Source: Octopus bimaculoides (taxonomy: Eukaryota). From it: 64,000 nucleotides of DNA. Positions 21,326 to 34,025 of this stretch are shown one piece after another (the first letter of the stretch is position 1; each line of letters starts with the position of its first letter). The position numbers were made by a program, and so were the translations under genes. The stretch covers positions 53,769,903-53,833,902 of the forward strand of contig NC_068985.1 of assembly GCF_001194135.2 (NCBI RefSeq), in the 5' to 3' direction. Below the pieces are notes generated by a model. The model was not told the origin of the DNA, did not search any database, and worked only from the letters and a program-made list of their open reading frames with translations.

Positions 21326-23049
21326 TCCTTTCTCTCACTATATGTCTGTCTCTTTGTTTGTCTAAACATGGAAGACTTCCAAGATGCATCCATACATAGC
21401 TACATGCTTACATACATGTATGTATGATAGAAGTCAGCTCAATAATGAGTATTACCATCTTTTGTTAATGAGCTGCAAAGCAAAGATTACTTTTTAATCC
21501 AGCTGATGTTGTGCAGCTTTTGCTAAAACTATTACATAAATGTCTCTTCTCGGTTAAATGCCATACAGAATCATGACAACTGACATTGTGTACAGTCATA
21601 TGTCTCTTCAGACCATGAAATCAAAGGACATTTACATTTTACATGATTTGCTGGCACATATAGACATACATATACAGTTTTGTATTATACCCAAACAATC
21701 ACATGCACACACATNNNNNNNNNNNNNNNNNNNNNNNNNNNNNNNNNNNNNNNNNNNNNNNNNNNNNNNNNNNNNNNNNNNNNNNNNNNNNNNNNNNNNN
21801 NNNNNNNNNNNNNNAAGAAGCCCGTCGTATATATGTATATATATGTGTGTCTGTGTTTGTCCCCATAGCATTACTTGACAACCGATGCCAGTGTGTTTAT
21901 GTGCCCGTAACTTAGCGGTTCGGCAAAAGAGACCGACAGAATAAGTACTAGGCTTACAAAGAATAAGTCCTGGGGTCGATTTGCTCGACTAAAGGCGGTG
22001 CTTCAGTATGGCCGCAGTCAAATGACTGAAACAAGTAAAAGAGTAAGAGTAAAGAGTTAAATTCTAGAACTACAATCAGAAGAAGATCAAAATGCCGAAG
22101 AGAACCTGACACAGCACGAACGAACAAGCAAAAGAGGGAAATGTACAGTTACATAAATACGACATTAACATCAAAAAATATCGAAGTAAACATAGACATC
22201 TCGTCATCGGCTGCTCTACTCTAACAAATATATAAAAATTCAATGTCTATAACCAACCAGCAATAAGAAATTATTTGAGTCCGCAGCTTAGTAAACGAAA
22301 TGAAACTGACATTAAATTGGCGTTTATTAAACGAGTCTGTTTATTGCTATTAAACGGAATTAAATAAGACAAAAACCATGTTCTAATCTTTTACCTTTTA
22401 CTTGTTTCAGTAATTTTACTGCGGCCATGCTGGGGCACCGCCTTGAACTAGTGTTATACATTAAAGAAAAAATAACAAAAATGGCGAGTAACGTAAAAAA
22501 AAATCCTATAACCATAATCGTAGTTCCAGCTTTACTCATAAGTTGCATGCACAAGATGATCTTGCTGAAGTAGTTGAACTCAGAAGACAAAATACAGCTT
22601 TTTGCTATACTTAGAGATGTAGATAATAAAAAGACTAGGGAGATAAACATGTATACCATTAACCCCCCTTCAAACACTGAGAAACTCACTTTTCCAACAT
22701 ATGTTAACTAATCAAACCCAGTCAAGCAATACAATCTGTTAATGGTAAAATAATAAACTAAATCCTGTGTGGGTACCTAACTATAAAGTTCCATTTTAAT
22801 GAAGAACTTGTTTTCAAAATTAAAAATAACGTTTCGTGTTGTTTCGAAAATTATTATATATTTTAACATGCAACAGTTACTAAGAACGTTATCCTGGCCA
22901 GACTGGCTTGTCATTTCATCGTCACCAAATTTGGGAGCAATCCACAAGAAAATTTTGTAGTCAAGAAATAAATAATTGCATGAGGTCTCTTAAAAGCTCT
23001 GGATTTTGCCAAACCCTTACAGTTGTTAGGAACATCGGCATTCTTGCAT

Positions 23050-23790
23050 GTCAAGAAAATGTTTGCGTTTTAAGAGGAAGTAACCTGAGTAAAAAGAAAA
23101 CGGTGTAGAACTACTTGATATACCAATGGGTACTCATGACGGGGTAGATATGTGTGTGATTATACGTTACAGTAATCCCTCGCCATGGCGTGGTTCACTA
23201 ATCGCGGTTTATTATTTAAGCTTACGTCGATTCCTCCGTGGTGTTGTTTTGCCTTTATAATAAAATATACAAATTATAGAAATAATAAATAAAATATACA
23301 GTACAGTATTGTTTCTACTTCGCGGATTTTCATCTATCGCGAAGGGTTTGGTAATGTAATACCCGCGATAGTCGAGGGATTATTGTACATTATGGATTCT
23401 TTCCGCAAATAATTAAATCAGAGAGCAGGCATATACAGAGATGACGGGTTAATTACTACTCGAAATATGAGTGGATACCAATTGGATATGCTTGGGTAGG
23501 ATTTGATTCCATTCTTCTGTCCTGTGGATTTAAAAATCACAGTAGATACGATTCTGAGTATTATTAACTTCTTAGATTTTATCTTGGACTTACACACCAG
23601 TAGATTTAAATCCTACCGTAATTCTAATGAGAAGCTTCTCCCTATTAATAAGCAATCTAATAGCCCTCATAATAATACCACGAATCTAGTTTCTTATATA
23701 AATAAACTAATTTCTTCTCTACATCTAGATGACGCCTTTTTCAATAGTACCGCCTCACATTACAATAGAGTACTCAGAAGATTTGTCGCT
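23050..23790 (+). mobile_element. Penelope-like retroelement RT remnant (interrupted by a MITE)
   Basis: SRKCLRF..P..K...LDIPMGTHDGVDMC, then AGIYRDDGL...LKITV...INFLDFILDL...YRNSN...INKQSNSP, matching PLE RT motifs. Stop codons present. Confidence 0.75.
23170..23385. mobile_element. 216-bp Tc1/pogo-type MITE
   Basis: TIR CAGTAATCCCTCG / CGAGGGATTATTG (one mismatch). TA at 23168-69 and 23386-87. Confidence 0.85.
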
Positions 23791-23899
23791 TTATCCGGCA
23801 TTCAGTGTTAATATATAAACTAATGAAGCTAGAAAATTCTTAAATTTGGTATTTAGAATGAAAGTAAAGTCATGGAGCAACCCCAAAGTAAATTACTGG

Positions 23900-24216
23900 A
23901 CTTTTATTTATGCGCCCTTTTAAAGCCTAGCCAGGCTCATGGGCCCGGTTTCCCGGTATCTATGACGTATGTGTTCCCCCCGGCTGGACGGGATGCCAGT
24001 CTATCGCAGCGTTACTCAAGAAACAGGAAGAAAGAGTGAAAGAAAGTTGGAGCGAAAGAGCACAACAGAGGTCGCCACCAGCCCTTGCCGGAGCCTCGTG
24101 GAGCTTAAGGTGTTTTCGCTCAATAAACACACACAACGCCCGGTCTGGGAATCGAAACCGCGATCCTCCGACCGCGAGTCCGCTACCCTAACCACTGGGC
24201 CATTGAGCCTCCACAA
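23900..24216 (-). mobile_element. tRNA-derived SINE with GGCCCAGTGGTTAGGG head
   Basis: A-box and B-box (GTTTCGATTCC). Head and mid-block are shared with 30860-31215 and 45140-45545, but the tail differs. Confidence 0.8.
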
Positions 24217-25752
24217 ATTACTGGACTAAGTGGAGTAAATGCTTTCGAGCATTCAGTTTTGACTCCCTTCTGATTCGAGTTTTAAACTCTAGGAGCGTTG
24301 ACTTTTCCTTTCTTTGCGTTAAGGTTGATACCATAAATACCAGGTTTTTACTTGAATAATAAAAATGTATGAGCTCGTCATATTGAGAAAGTAGCATTTC
24401 CAATAAAACGCTGATTGAATGACAGAATCTCTATGCGGTCATCTGATTTCCTAAAAATAAAGGTTACATCTCTTCTAAATAAGGCAGGACACAAATAATG
24501 TAATAATAAATACGCCGACTTAGAAAGAAATATAAAGACGGTCACTGTTAGATAGTTTTTTTATCATAGGTCTGTAGGATCAGGTATGACAAAGTTAAAT
24601 ATCATGCCTTAGAGGAATTACCATGAGCTCTGCGAGCCCCTTGTTAGAATGGCTGTTCCAGCGCATCTCTCTCGCTACCCTTCGGGGTAACGCCTTTTCC
24701 ATTTTGACTGCTATAACCATGAGGCGGTCCGAATTACAGGAAATCGAGAGAATGTAAGAATTTCGTATGTCATGTCTGGAGTTGTCTCCCATGCTTGCCG
24801 AAATAATTAAAGTTTATTTGTTTATAATTCGCCATATAATTATTTATAGTTAACTTCTCAATGATCTTTGTATTACATATATTAACACTGACTTAACTAT
24901 TATGTTTTATGCGGACGGTATTTTTGAGTTACGAACTCAATTATATTTTAGAAATGTTACATGATTTATATGAGTCGTGAATGCGTTTGCGTGTATCAAA
25001 AAATAACAAGTACTCGAGTTTCACTTGGTGGTTGATCTCAACTGTAAGGAGAATCAATTACTTCTGAAATACGCACACGCGTGTGTGTGCGCGCGTATAT
25101 ACGAGCTGATATGGGCGTCTCTTCATGGTTACTTGACCTGTTAGAAATAGCAGGATCATCTATCTCAATCAACACCCTACAGTCTTGATAAAGAGAAGCG
25201 CACTTTGGGTAATGTAGTCTCAGGTACATTATGTCTGGAAGATGGGATGGTCACAGATGGAAAACTTTTGATCGAAGATCTGCTGGACTTACAGTAGCCA
25301 ATATCTACAACAACGACAACAACAACAAATACATGTTGAATGTTTGCAGTTTGCTTCTTGTTATTTGCATTTTTTTCTGAGCAACAATGTTTTGAAAATA
25401 ATATTAAATATCAATGAAAATTGACAACTTTACTTAATTCTTCCTATACACAGTAGATAACCTCCAACTGTAGGGGTGTACCCCACGTCACCACACCTCT
25501 CAAATATTTCAGCGAAGTCCTAAAACTTCATGTAATCCTCCCGCCAGTACTTTCTCTCCACACTGCCACGGCCACCAACGCAGCTTAGGGTTATTTCCTA
25601 CAACTCCAGATTTGTGATAAGCAAACTGACTGCAGCAACCAACTGTGAATACACAGGTTAGACAGGTTATCCACAATGTTTTAGGTGAAAAAAAATTAAA
25701 TACCAGATGGTATATTCTTGTAGACAGAGTTTGTGAAGATATCCTACACTAT

Positions 25753-26481
25753 AGGGCTTTCCTATAAGTAGGTTATCTCCCTTGGCTAGGCGGCGCTCCA
25801 TGTAGATAATTAAACTTCCGGAGGCTACCCACGCCATTGTTATTGTTTTACGTCTTATTATGGGTATAACGCAGCTTGATGATTCAGCTATCGAAGTACT
25901 TACTGTGCCTGAGTTAAAGAAATATTTAAGATTATATGGACAGTATGTTACTGGAAGAAAGGCGGACTTGACTGAAAGGTTGAAAGGAATAAAAATTCTG
26001 TCGATGAAGAATGTCAACAAAGTAAATTCATCGGACGATAAGTCTGAAGTATCGGACGATACTTCAGACAGGAATAAGCAGAAGCTTATATCTCCTCTCG
26101 GTGAAGAATTGCCTGATCTAAAGATCTTTGTAAGTTGCCGAATTTCACAGATAATGACATAATTACCTCGTGCTACGGATGAAAGCAAAGCAACAGTTAA
26201 GGAGTGACATATTTTACCACGACAGACACGTACACAGCATCGAATACCACGATGTGAGTGAAAGCTGCTCTCACTGTATTGTCCGGTGTCTGGTAATCCC
26301 TTCGATACCGACATCAAACCAAAAAAAGAATCCTGACCACAGAGTGTGGGTAATTATGTCAAGTGTCACTGGCGATGTGCATTCAGCTGATTGCAACTGT
26401 TAAAGCAAGTCACTGAGCATGCGTACATGTCATACGGGATAGTTCCAATCAGGGGTGGATAACACCTTATAGGAAAGCCCT
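25753..26481 (+). mobile_element. 729-bp TIR-bounded non-autonomous DNA transposon carrying a SAP-SWIM gene fragment (ISL2EU-like; Kolobok not excluded)
   Basis: Perfect 19-bp inverted match TATAGGGCTTTCCTATAAG (25750-68) / CTTATAGGAAAGCCCTATA (26466-84). It reads as AGGG...CCCT with an AT TSD, or GGG...CCC with TATA. Confidence 0.8.
25860..26430 (+). pseudogene. frameshifted SAP-domain + SWIM zinc-finger protein fragment
   Basis: LTVPELKKYLRLYGQYVTGRKADLTERL fits SAP. After frameshifts it reads LPNFTDNDI.NYLV...CLVIPS...HRVWV..SVTGDVHSADCNC..(A)..ACVH, i.e. CxC...CxH. Confidence 0.75.
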
Positions 26482-26590
26482 ATACGACATACTCATGTAA
26501 AGATATTTTACACCGCACCAAATTATATATATATATATTTATATTTTGTAGAATACCAACACATCGGCACTTCTAACTTTGTTTACAAAG

Positions 26591-26627
<37 letters not shown>

Positions 26628-26789
26628 ACACTCACACTCACACACACACACACATATCTATACGTGGACTGATCAGTAAGTATCAGGACTGTTGCCAAAT
26701 TAACGAAGCTAATGTAGAGTACAGCCGCTTGGCACAGATTGATCTTGAACTTTGCTGTGCATGCCCACTAAATTTCAAAATTCTCGCTT

Positions 26790-27190
26790 ATTCAGTTTAA
26801 TGCTGGAAAATTCGAAGCCCTGCGCTACCAGCGCTCATAACTGAAAGTAAAACTTACAGGGTACTCTGGCCCACAGGGGATTACAATCCCAGAACCTAAA
26901 TCAGTGTCAGACCTGGGTATCGACATGAGTGATAACTTTTTCTAAGTGCACATTGCCAAGATGGTGACAAACTGCAGACACCTGACTGGCTGGATCCTGA
27001 GAACTTTCAGAATCAGAGAGAAGGAAACCATGATGGTCCACTGGAGGACATTCTCCCTCAGCCACTTGGATTACTGCTCCCAGCTATGATCACCCGACAG
27101 TGTAAAATTAACAGCAGACCTTGAAGCAATTCATCGAAGATTCACAAAGAAGCTCGTCTCATTGCAACAGTTCAGCTACTGGAAAAGGCG
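26790..27190 (+). mobile_element. CR1/Jockey-like LINE RT C-terminal fragment
   Basis: FNAGKFEALRY...VSDLGIDMS...WILRTF...HLDYCSQL*SP...LEAIHRRFTKK...SYWKR, with stops and a frameshift. Confidence 0.75.
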
Positions 27191-27219
27191 CAGAAGCGGC
27201 TGTGTGGCAAGAAGTTTGG

Positions 27220-27450
27220 GATCTAGTTCAAAACGGGGGCACCAGTTTTCATTTATGTTTTATGTAGTGTTTTTGGTACCGAAAGACTTTCAAACTTCGT
27301 ATACTTATCTATTTTGTGTTATAGAACAGAAAAAAAATTTTGTATTCGGAGTTATTTCATGTAAAAAATTGTCTTATTTCGATAATTTCAACCAATCACT
27401 GACAAGTATTCAGCTGTTTACAGTTACTCCTTTGGCAGAGTAAGCGGTGT
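27220..27450 (+). repeat. ~230-bp direct repeat, copy 1 (copy 2 at 28960-29190)
   Basis: Long identical runs, e.g. GACTTTCAAACTTCGTATACTTATCTATTTTGTGTTATAGAACAGAAAA. Confidence 0.85.
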
Positions 27451-29573
27451 AAAGCGTATTTAATCTCCATTTATAATTTCGTTAACATCTGCCTGAACTG
27501 TTTGTGTACAACATTTGCTTTTTTCNNNNNNNNNNNNNNNNNNNNNNNNNNNNNNNNNNNNNNNNNNNNNNNNNNNNNNNNNNNNNNNNNNNNNNNNNNN
27601 NNNNNNNNNNNNNNNNNNNNNNNNNNNNNNNNNNNNNNNNNNNNNNNNNNNNNNNNNNNNNNNNNNNNNNNNNNNNNNNNNNNNNNNNNNNNNNNNNNNN
27701 NNNNNNNNNNNNNNNNNNNNNNNNNNNNNNNNNNNNNNNNNNNNNNNNNNNNNNNNNNNNNNNNNNNNNNNNNNNNNNNNNNNNNNNNNNNNNNNNNNNN
27801 NNNNNNNNNNNNNNNNNNNNNNNNNNNNNNNNNNNNNNNNNNNNNNNNNNNNNNNNNNNNNNNNNNNNNNNNNNNNNNNNNNNNNNNNNNNNNNNNNNNN
27901 NNNNNNNNNNNNNNNNNNNNNNNNNNNNNNNNNNNNNNNNNNNNNNNNNNNNNNNNNNNNNNNNNNNNNNNNNNNNNNNNNNNNNNNNNNNNNNNNNNNN
28001 NNNNNNNNNNNNNNNNNNNNNNNNATACTTATATATATATGTTTGTATCTGTGTTTGTCCCCTCACCATCGCGTGACAACCGATTTTTGTGTTTACGTCT
28101 CCTTAACTTAGCGGTTCGGAAAAAGAGAACGATAGGATAAGTACTAGGCTTACAAAGAATAAGTCTTGGGGGCGATTTATTCGACTAAAAGGCGGTGCTC
28201 CAGTATGGCCGCAGTCAAATGACTGAAACGAATAAAAGAATACATATATGTATAGAGAGAGAGGGGGGAGAGAGTGAGAGAGAGAAAGGGGGAGAGAGAA
28301 AGGGAGAGAGAGAAAGGGAGAGAGAGAAAGGGAGAGAGTGAGAAACTTTATTCGGTCATAGAAGGTTGAGTTTTTTATTTGTTTCATTATTGATATTGAC
28401 GTAGTACAATAGGTTAAGAACATCGTCCAAAGCATGCATAACTCTGTACAACATTATAATATACGACAAAAAAATACCTATACTTTACCCGGTCATTGGT
28501 ATGGTGCTAGGTAAGTTAGACAGTTGGTAAGGTCGTCTTCATGTAGTTGGTGTAATCGTTTGTTTCTTTACCTCAATATATATATATGTTACAAGAAATA
28601 AATGGCATAACATATAATGTAACAATTACATTTGTATTATATATGTAAGTCTGTTTTATTATATTCGTCATCCCCATGCCAGTGGGAAAACTGTCTTGTC
28701 CGTGGGACAAATAAAGAGGATGGACACCGCTGCTCTAGAATACGTAGAGATGTGTACAAGTACTGGAATATAATAATCTTATCCTGTATGCGTATGTCCT
28801 GCATAACGAATATATAGTGTTTACTCCTGTTGAGCCGTGTTCTACTATAGATGTTGGAAGAAGGGAAAGTCAACCAAACTGACCCCAGTAATTGACTGGT
28901 ACTAAATTTATTGAACTAGGGAGAGATGAAGCGCGAAATCAAACGTTAAAATACCTAAATGGGATCTTTTTTAAAACGGGGGCCACATTTTTCATTAATG
29001 TTTTACGTAGTGTTTTTGGTACGGAAAGACTTTCAAACTTCGTATACTTATCTATTTTGTGTTATAGAACAGAAAAATATTTTTGTATTCGAATTTATTT
29101 CATGTAAAAAATTGTCTTATTTCGATAATTTCAACCAATCACTGACAAGTATTCAGTTGTTTATATTTACTCCTTTGGCTGATTAAGCCATAGCTTCGTT
29201 TTATTTGCTTTTTCATTTTCTTTTTTTTTTCTTCGTTTTATTTGCTTTTTTCTTNNNNNNNNNNNNNNNNNNNNNNNNNNNNNNNNNNNNNNNNNNNNNN
29301 NNNNNNNNNNNNNNNNNNNNNNNNNNNNNNNNNNNNNNNNNNNNNNNNNNNNNNNNNNNNNNNNNNNNNNNNNNNNNNNNNNNNNNNNNNNNNNNNNNNN
29401 NNNNNNNNNNNNNNNNNNNNNNNNNNNNNNNNNNNNNNNNNNNNNNNNNNNNNNNNNNNNNNNNNNNNNNNNNNNNNNNNNNNNNNNNNNNNNNNNNNNN
29501 NNNNNNNNNNNNNNNNNNNNNNNNNNNNNNNNNNNNNNNNNNNNNNNNNNNNNNNNNNNNNNNNNNNNNNNNN

Positions 29574-29634
<61 letters not shown>

Positions 29635-30149
29635 CGCGTGCACATACGTACATACATACATACATACATACAAGCAAACAAACAAACAAAAAATTTTCGT
29701 CAACTGACGTAATGTGATAGGTATGTACTATGAGTGCTCAGTTTGGTTTGCTACTAAAATTCCGGCTTGAACTGCAAATGAAAGTGGGATGTTGAGGCAG
29801 CTTATCAGAGGCGCTAGAAGCGGTTTCTCTTTGAGCTGGTAGATACATATTAAAGTAAGAAATGAAGAAGCAAAACATTTGTCACCATTCGACGAGGACA
29901 TTTAATTTAGATAGAGAATATATACATATACAATCTCTTACAGTTGTTTCTAGAATAGCCAAGCTTGTAGATCAGAGACGGAGAAGTCAGAGAGATGTGA
30001 AAATGTAGAAATATCCCCAGTCGAGGATATTAGTATATTGCAGTTTATCAGAAATTAGAGAAAGACCAAAGATATGCGTTAATCACTTCATTAATCAAAT
30101 AAATAATACAATTATAGGTAGGGTCCATTAGCAGTTTCAAAAGAAAATG

Positions 30150-30650
30150 ATCGATGATAATCCATGGTAATTTACCAGTTCCAGTTTTGAATAGAGAATG
30201 AATGAGAGTTGAATAGGAATATTATACTACAGTGTAGAGGAAAGACAGAGGTAGATGTAGTAAAGCAGATATCTACTAGTTTTTATAGAGGGGGTATGCT
30301 TGTCTAAAGAGGTGAGGAGGTGCATATTCATAAACAGATAGGTAAAGGGATGAAGAATAGCAGATGTCAGATGCTGTCATCTTTTTAGCCGACCACCGGC
30401 GCTGGCCAGAGTTCTAGGGTGGCAGGAGTGGGAGGGAGGGGGTTAGGATGTAAAAGATAATGAAAAGTTGAAGCTATAGTGAGCATGCTACTACTAGAAG
30501 TGAGGGGAGACTTAGGTCTCGTCTGGTTATTATGGTGCTAGAAACAGATGTCCATAATATTAATCGAAATTTAAAGATTTGGAATTTAATGAAGGTGTAT
30601 GCTCGTTGGGAATCGAAGGATAAATATAAGGATTTAAAGATGACAAATTA
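30150..30650 (-). mobile_element. heavily decayed L2/CR1-like LINE 3' fragment
   Basis: Only weak remnants of the RT C-terminus on the minus strand. Confidence 0.3.
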
Positions 30651-30859
30651 AAAATAAATGAAAGACAATTATTTATTAAGTTTAGGTGTAGTGAAATTAC
30701 AGGGCCCAGGGATGAAAGAAATATAGTTCTAATGGATAATGGAAGCTTAAATTAACTAAATGTATTTTATTACTTTGTGTATAACTCCAAACCATGAGAA
30801 GAAAAGGCCTAGTGGTGTTTTGCTCATTAAGCGAGTGTTGTAACTGTGATGATATTCTA

Positions 30860-31215
30860 TTGATTACCATCTAGGTGGCTGGCACTCCGTGGCTACGACG
30901 TCGAGTGTTCCAGTTGATCCGATCAACGGAACAGCCTGCTCGTGAAATTAACGTGCAAGTGGCTGAGCATTCCACAGACACGTTTATCCTTAACGTAGTT
31001 CTCGGGGATATTCACCGTGACACAGTGTGACAAGGCTGACTCTTTGAATTACAGGCACAACAGAAACAGGAAGTAAGTGTGAGAGAAGGTTGTGGTGAAA
31101 GAGTACAGCAGGGTTTGCCACCATCCCCTGCCGGAGCCTCGTGGAGCTTTAGGTGTTTTTGCTCAATAAACACTCACAATGCCGTCTGGGAATCGAAACC
31201 GCGATCCTATGACCG
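30860..31215 (-). mobile_element. tRNA-derived SINE
   Basis: Near-identical in structure to 45140-45545. Confidence 0.8.
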
Positions 31216-31782
31216 CGCCTCTACACAATCTAGGAAGGACGCGTTAAATGTGAATTAATAGAAAGAATGAGGATCTATAAAATAAAGGATAAAAAGGATA
31301 TGATGATACTGCAGATATACTAAATTAAGTGGGCTCATATAATGTTTAAACTATATATTAGTGATAACCTGAAGTAATTGTTTTACTGCAATTAGACCCG
31401 TGGTAAAACTTAGAAAATTTCTGGACACCTACACAAGGTTTCGTGCTGCTTGTTTTTATAATTGTGTGGGATTATGTGACAGGATTTGGATAGATCCCCT
31501 CAAATATTAACGCATACCTATCTTACTCTGATCCTTTTCTCATTTCTGATAAACTGGAATATACTAATATCCTCGACGGGGAATATTTCTGCAGTTTTAC
31601 ATCTCTGGCTTCTCTCCCTGATGACGGTATACTCAGTTTATGGAATCCTTACTCAATATCATGATCTACACTCTTGGTTATTCTAGAAACGGCTGTAAAA
31701 GACTATATGTTTATATTCTCTATCTAAAGTGTCTTTTTTGAGCGATGTCAAACCCTTTGCTTCTTCATTTTTTATTTTAATA

Positions 31783-33113
31783 TTGGGTTGGCAACTAAGT
31801 ACCCGCCGTTTTTTTTTCTAATTTTGGAATTTATTGCGTTTTTAAATTTTGGAATCTATTTTTTTCGAGAATTCTATTTTTGAATCATTTTGGAATCTAT
31901 TGTTTGTTTGTTTTTTTTTTTNNNNNNNNNNNNNNNNNNNNNNNNGGGGGGGGGGGTCTAGTTAATTTTAGTTAATTTTTGTTTATTTTCACATCATTAA
32001 AATGGAATGTCAAGTTAAGAAAAACGAGCATTTTCGACACCTTCTTTTTGCTTTTAATCAAGGTTCTAAGGCCGCAAAAGCTGCTCGCGACATTTGTGCT
32101 GTGTATGGAGAGGGTACCATAGCTGAAAGAACCGCTTGTTATTGGTATGTCAAGTTCAAAAATAGAGATTTTGACCTCAAAGACGCACCTCGTTCTGGCC
32201 GTCCAGTTGAGTTCGATGAAGAGCGATTAAACTAATTTTTGCACGAAAATTCTCGTCAAACGACAAGGTAACTGGCTGAGAAAGTGGAATGCTCTCACAC
32301 TGCTATACAGAAGCATCTTCACTCGATGGGAAAAGTTCAGAAGTATAGAGCATAGGTTCCGCATGCTTTAAGTGACAACAAAAATCAACGAATCACAATT
32401 TCCGCTGGTTTGCTTGCTTGTCACCGCTCAACTCATGGACACAAGTAACGATTTCTTTACCGAATCGTTTCTGGCGACGAAAAATAGTGCCTGTACATCA
32501 ATATGAAGCAGCGTAAGGAATGGCTTAGCCTCAGTAAACAAGCGTCACTTCGCGTGAAACAAGATCTTCATCCGCGTAAAACGATGTTGTGCGTATGGTG
32601 GGACTGGGAAGGCATTATCCATTACGAATTGCTTGAACGGAACCAAATGGTCAACGCGGAACTATGTTCAACAGATGAAGCGACTCAACACGGCTATTCA
32701 AGAGAAAAGACCTAATCGGCAGCATGGAGTTCTTCTGCTGCACGACAACGCCCGCCTTCATATCGCCAATATGACCAAGGAAGCCATTCAAACGCATGGC
32801 TGGGAAGTGCTGCCACACCCGCCGTACTCTCCTGATTTGGCACCAACGGATTCCCACTTCTTTCGATCTCTTTCAAATGCTATGCGCGGAGTTTCGGTCA
32901 ATATTGATGCAGAATTGAGAGCTTGGTTGTATCAATTTTTCGAGTCGAAATTGGGTGATTTCTACCAACGAGGTATTGGAAATCTTGTTGAACGTTGGGA
33001 AGAGGTTGTAAACAACAAGGGTGAATACATTATTGATTAATTAGTTATTTTTTATTAAACCTTTTAAAAAATTTAAATTTTTAAAAAACGGTGGGAACTT
33101 AGTTGCCAACCCA
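31783..33113 (+). mobile_element. full-length inactive mariner (D,D34D; mellifera-subfamily-like)
   Basis: TIR TTGGGTTGGCAACTAAGT / ACTTAGTTGCCAACCCA with TA at 31781-82 and 33114-15. Confidence 0.95.
32002..33040 (+). pseudogene. mariner transposase pseudogene
   Basis: HTH region, (W)VPHAL, SGDEK, HDNARLH and YSPDLAPTD with 34 residues between the last two Asp. Several stops and frameshifts. Confidence 0.95.
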
Positions 33114-33740
33114 TAAGGTCAAAAATGTGTAGGGGAAGACGATTGACAATTGACCCCATATCATGACGTTTCTGATATTTTGAGTTATCGACCTTGGAAC
33201 GAGGAAAGGTGAAGATGAATTGAGCAGAATACGAACTCACAAATAGAAAGTTACAGCTAAATACTGTAAGACATTCAATCCACTGATCTACCAATTTTTC
33301 CAATCCATTGAACCATAACTAATAATTATAATAGTAAACGTATTATTGTAATCTGTTTTGTAGTAGGCTTTCTGTATTGATTATGATGTAGAATAAATAC
33401 ATGCATGTTTAATGTATCAAATTTCACAATCATCGACATTGGGATTAGAAAATCAAAAATGTCGGATGACTGTCATCTCGGATCAAGGTTTTTGTTAATC
33501 TTAAACTAGATTAAGACAAACACAACATGAACATAAATAAATAATACAAATAATGAATATTAATAATAAATTATGGTAAATAATACTAATAAGTTAAGCA
33601 GTAGTAGTAGTAGTAAATTTTGACAAATCCTGCAATTTTTAGTGGGAGAAAGGAAGTCGGTTAACTGGTAATTATTTTTATCGACTCTTAAAGTTCCCTC
33701 ACTTGTGCCAAAAGTAGAGATGATGATGATGATGATGATT

Positions 33741-33777
<37 letters not shown>

Positions 33778-33779
33778 AG

Positions 33780-33983
33780 GCGGTGAGCTGGCAGAATCGT
33801 TACCACGCTGGACGAAATGCTTAGTGATATTTCGCTCGTCGCTACGTTCTGAATTCAAATTCCGCCGAGGTTGACTTTGCCTTTCAGAGTCGCTAAACTA
33901 AGTACCTGTGAAACACTGGGGTCGATGTAATCGACTTGTTCCCTCCCCACCAAATTTCAAGCCTTATTCCTTCAGTAGAAAGG

Positions 33984-34025
<42 letters not shown>

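Noticed and set aside
24120-24216. Possible tRNA gene (minus strand)
   Set aside because: It is a tRNA-like SINE head: it continues into a SINE body, has several diverged copies, and lacks a proper cloverleaf or terminator.
31595-31715. CTGATGA...GAAAC hammerhead-like core
   Set aside because: Stems I and II need several mismatches, so it cannot be supported beyond a possibly decayed remnant.
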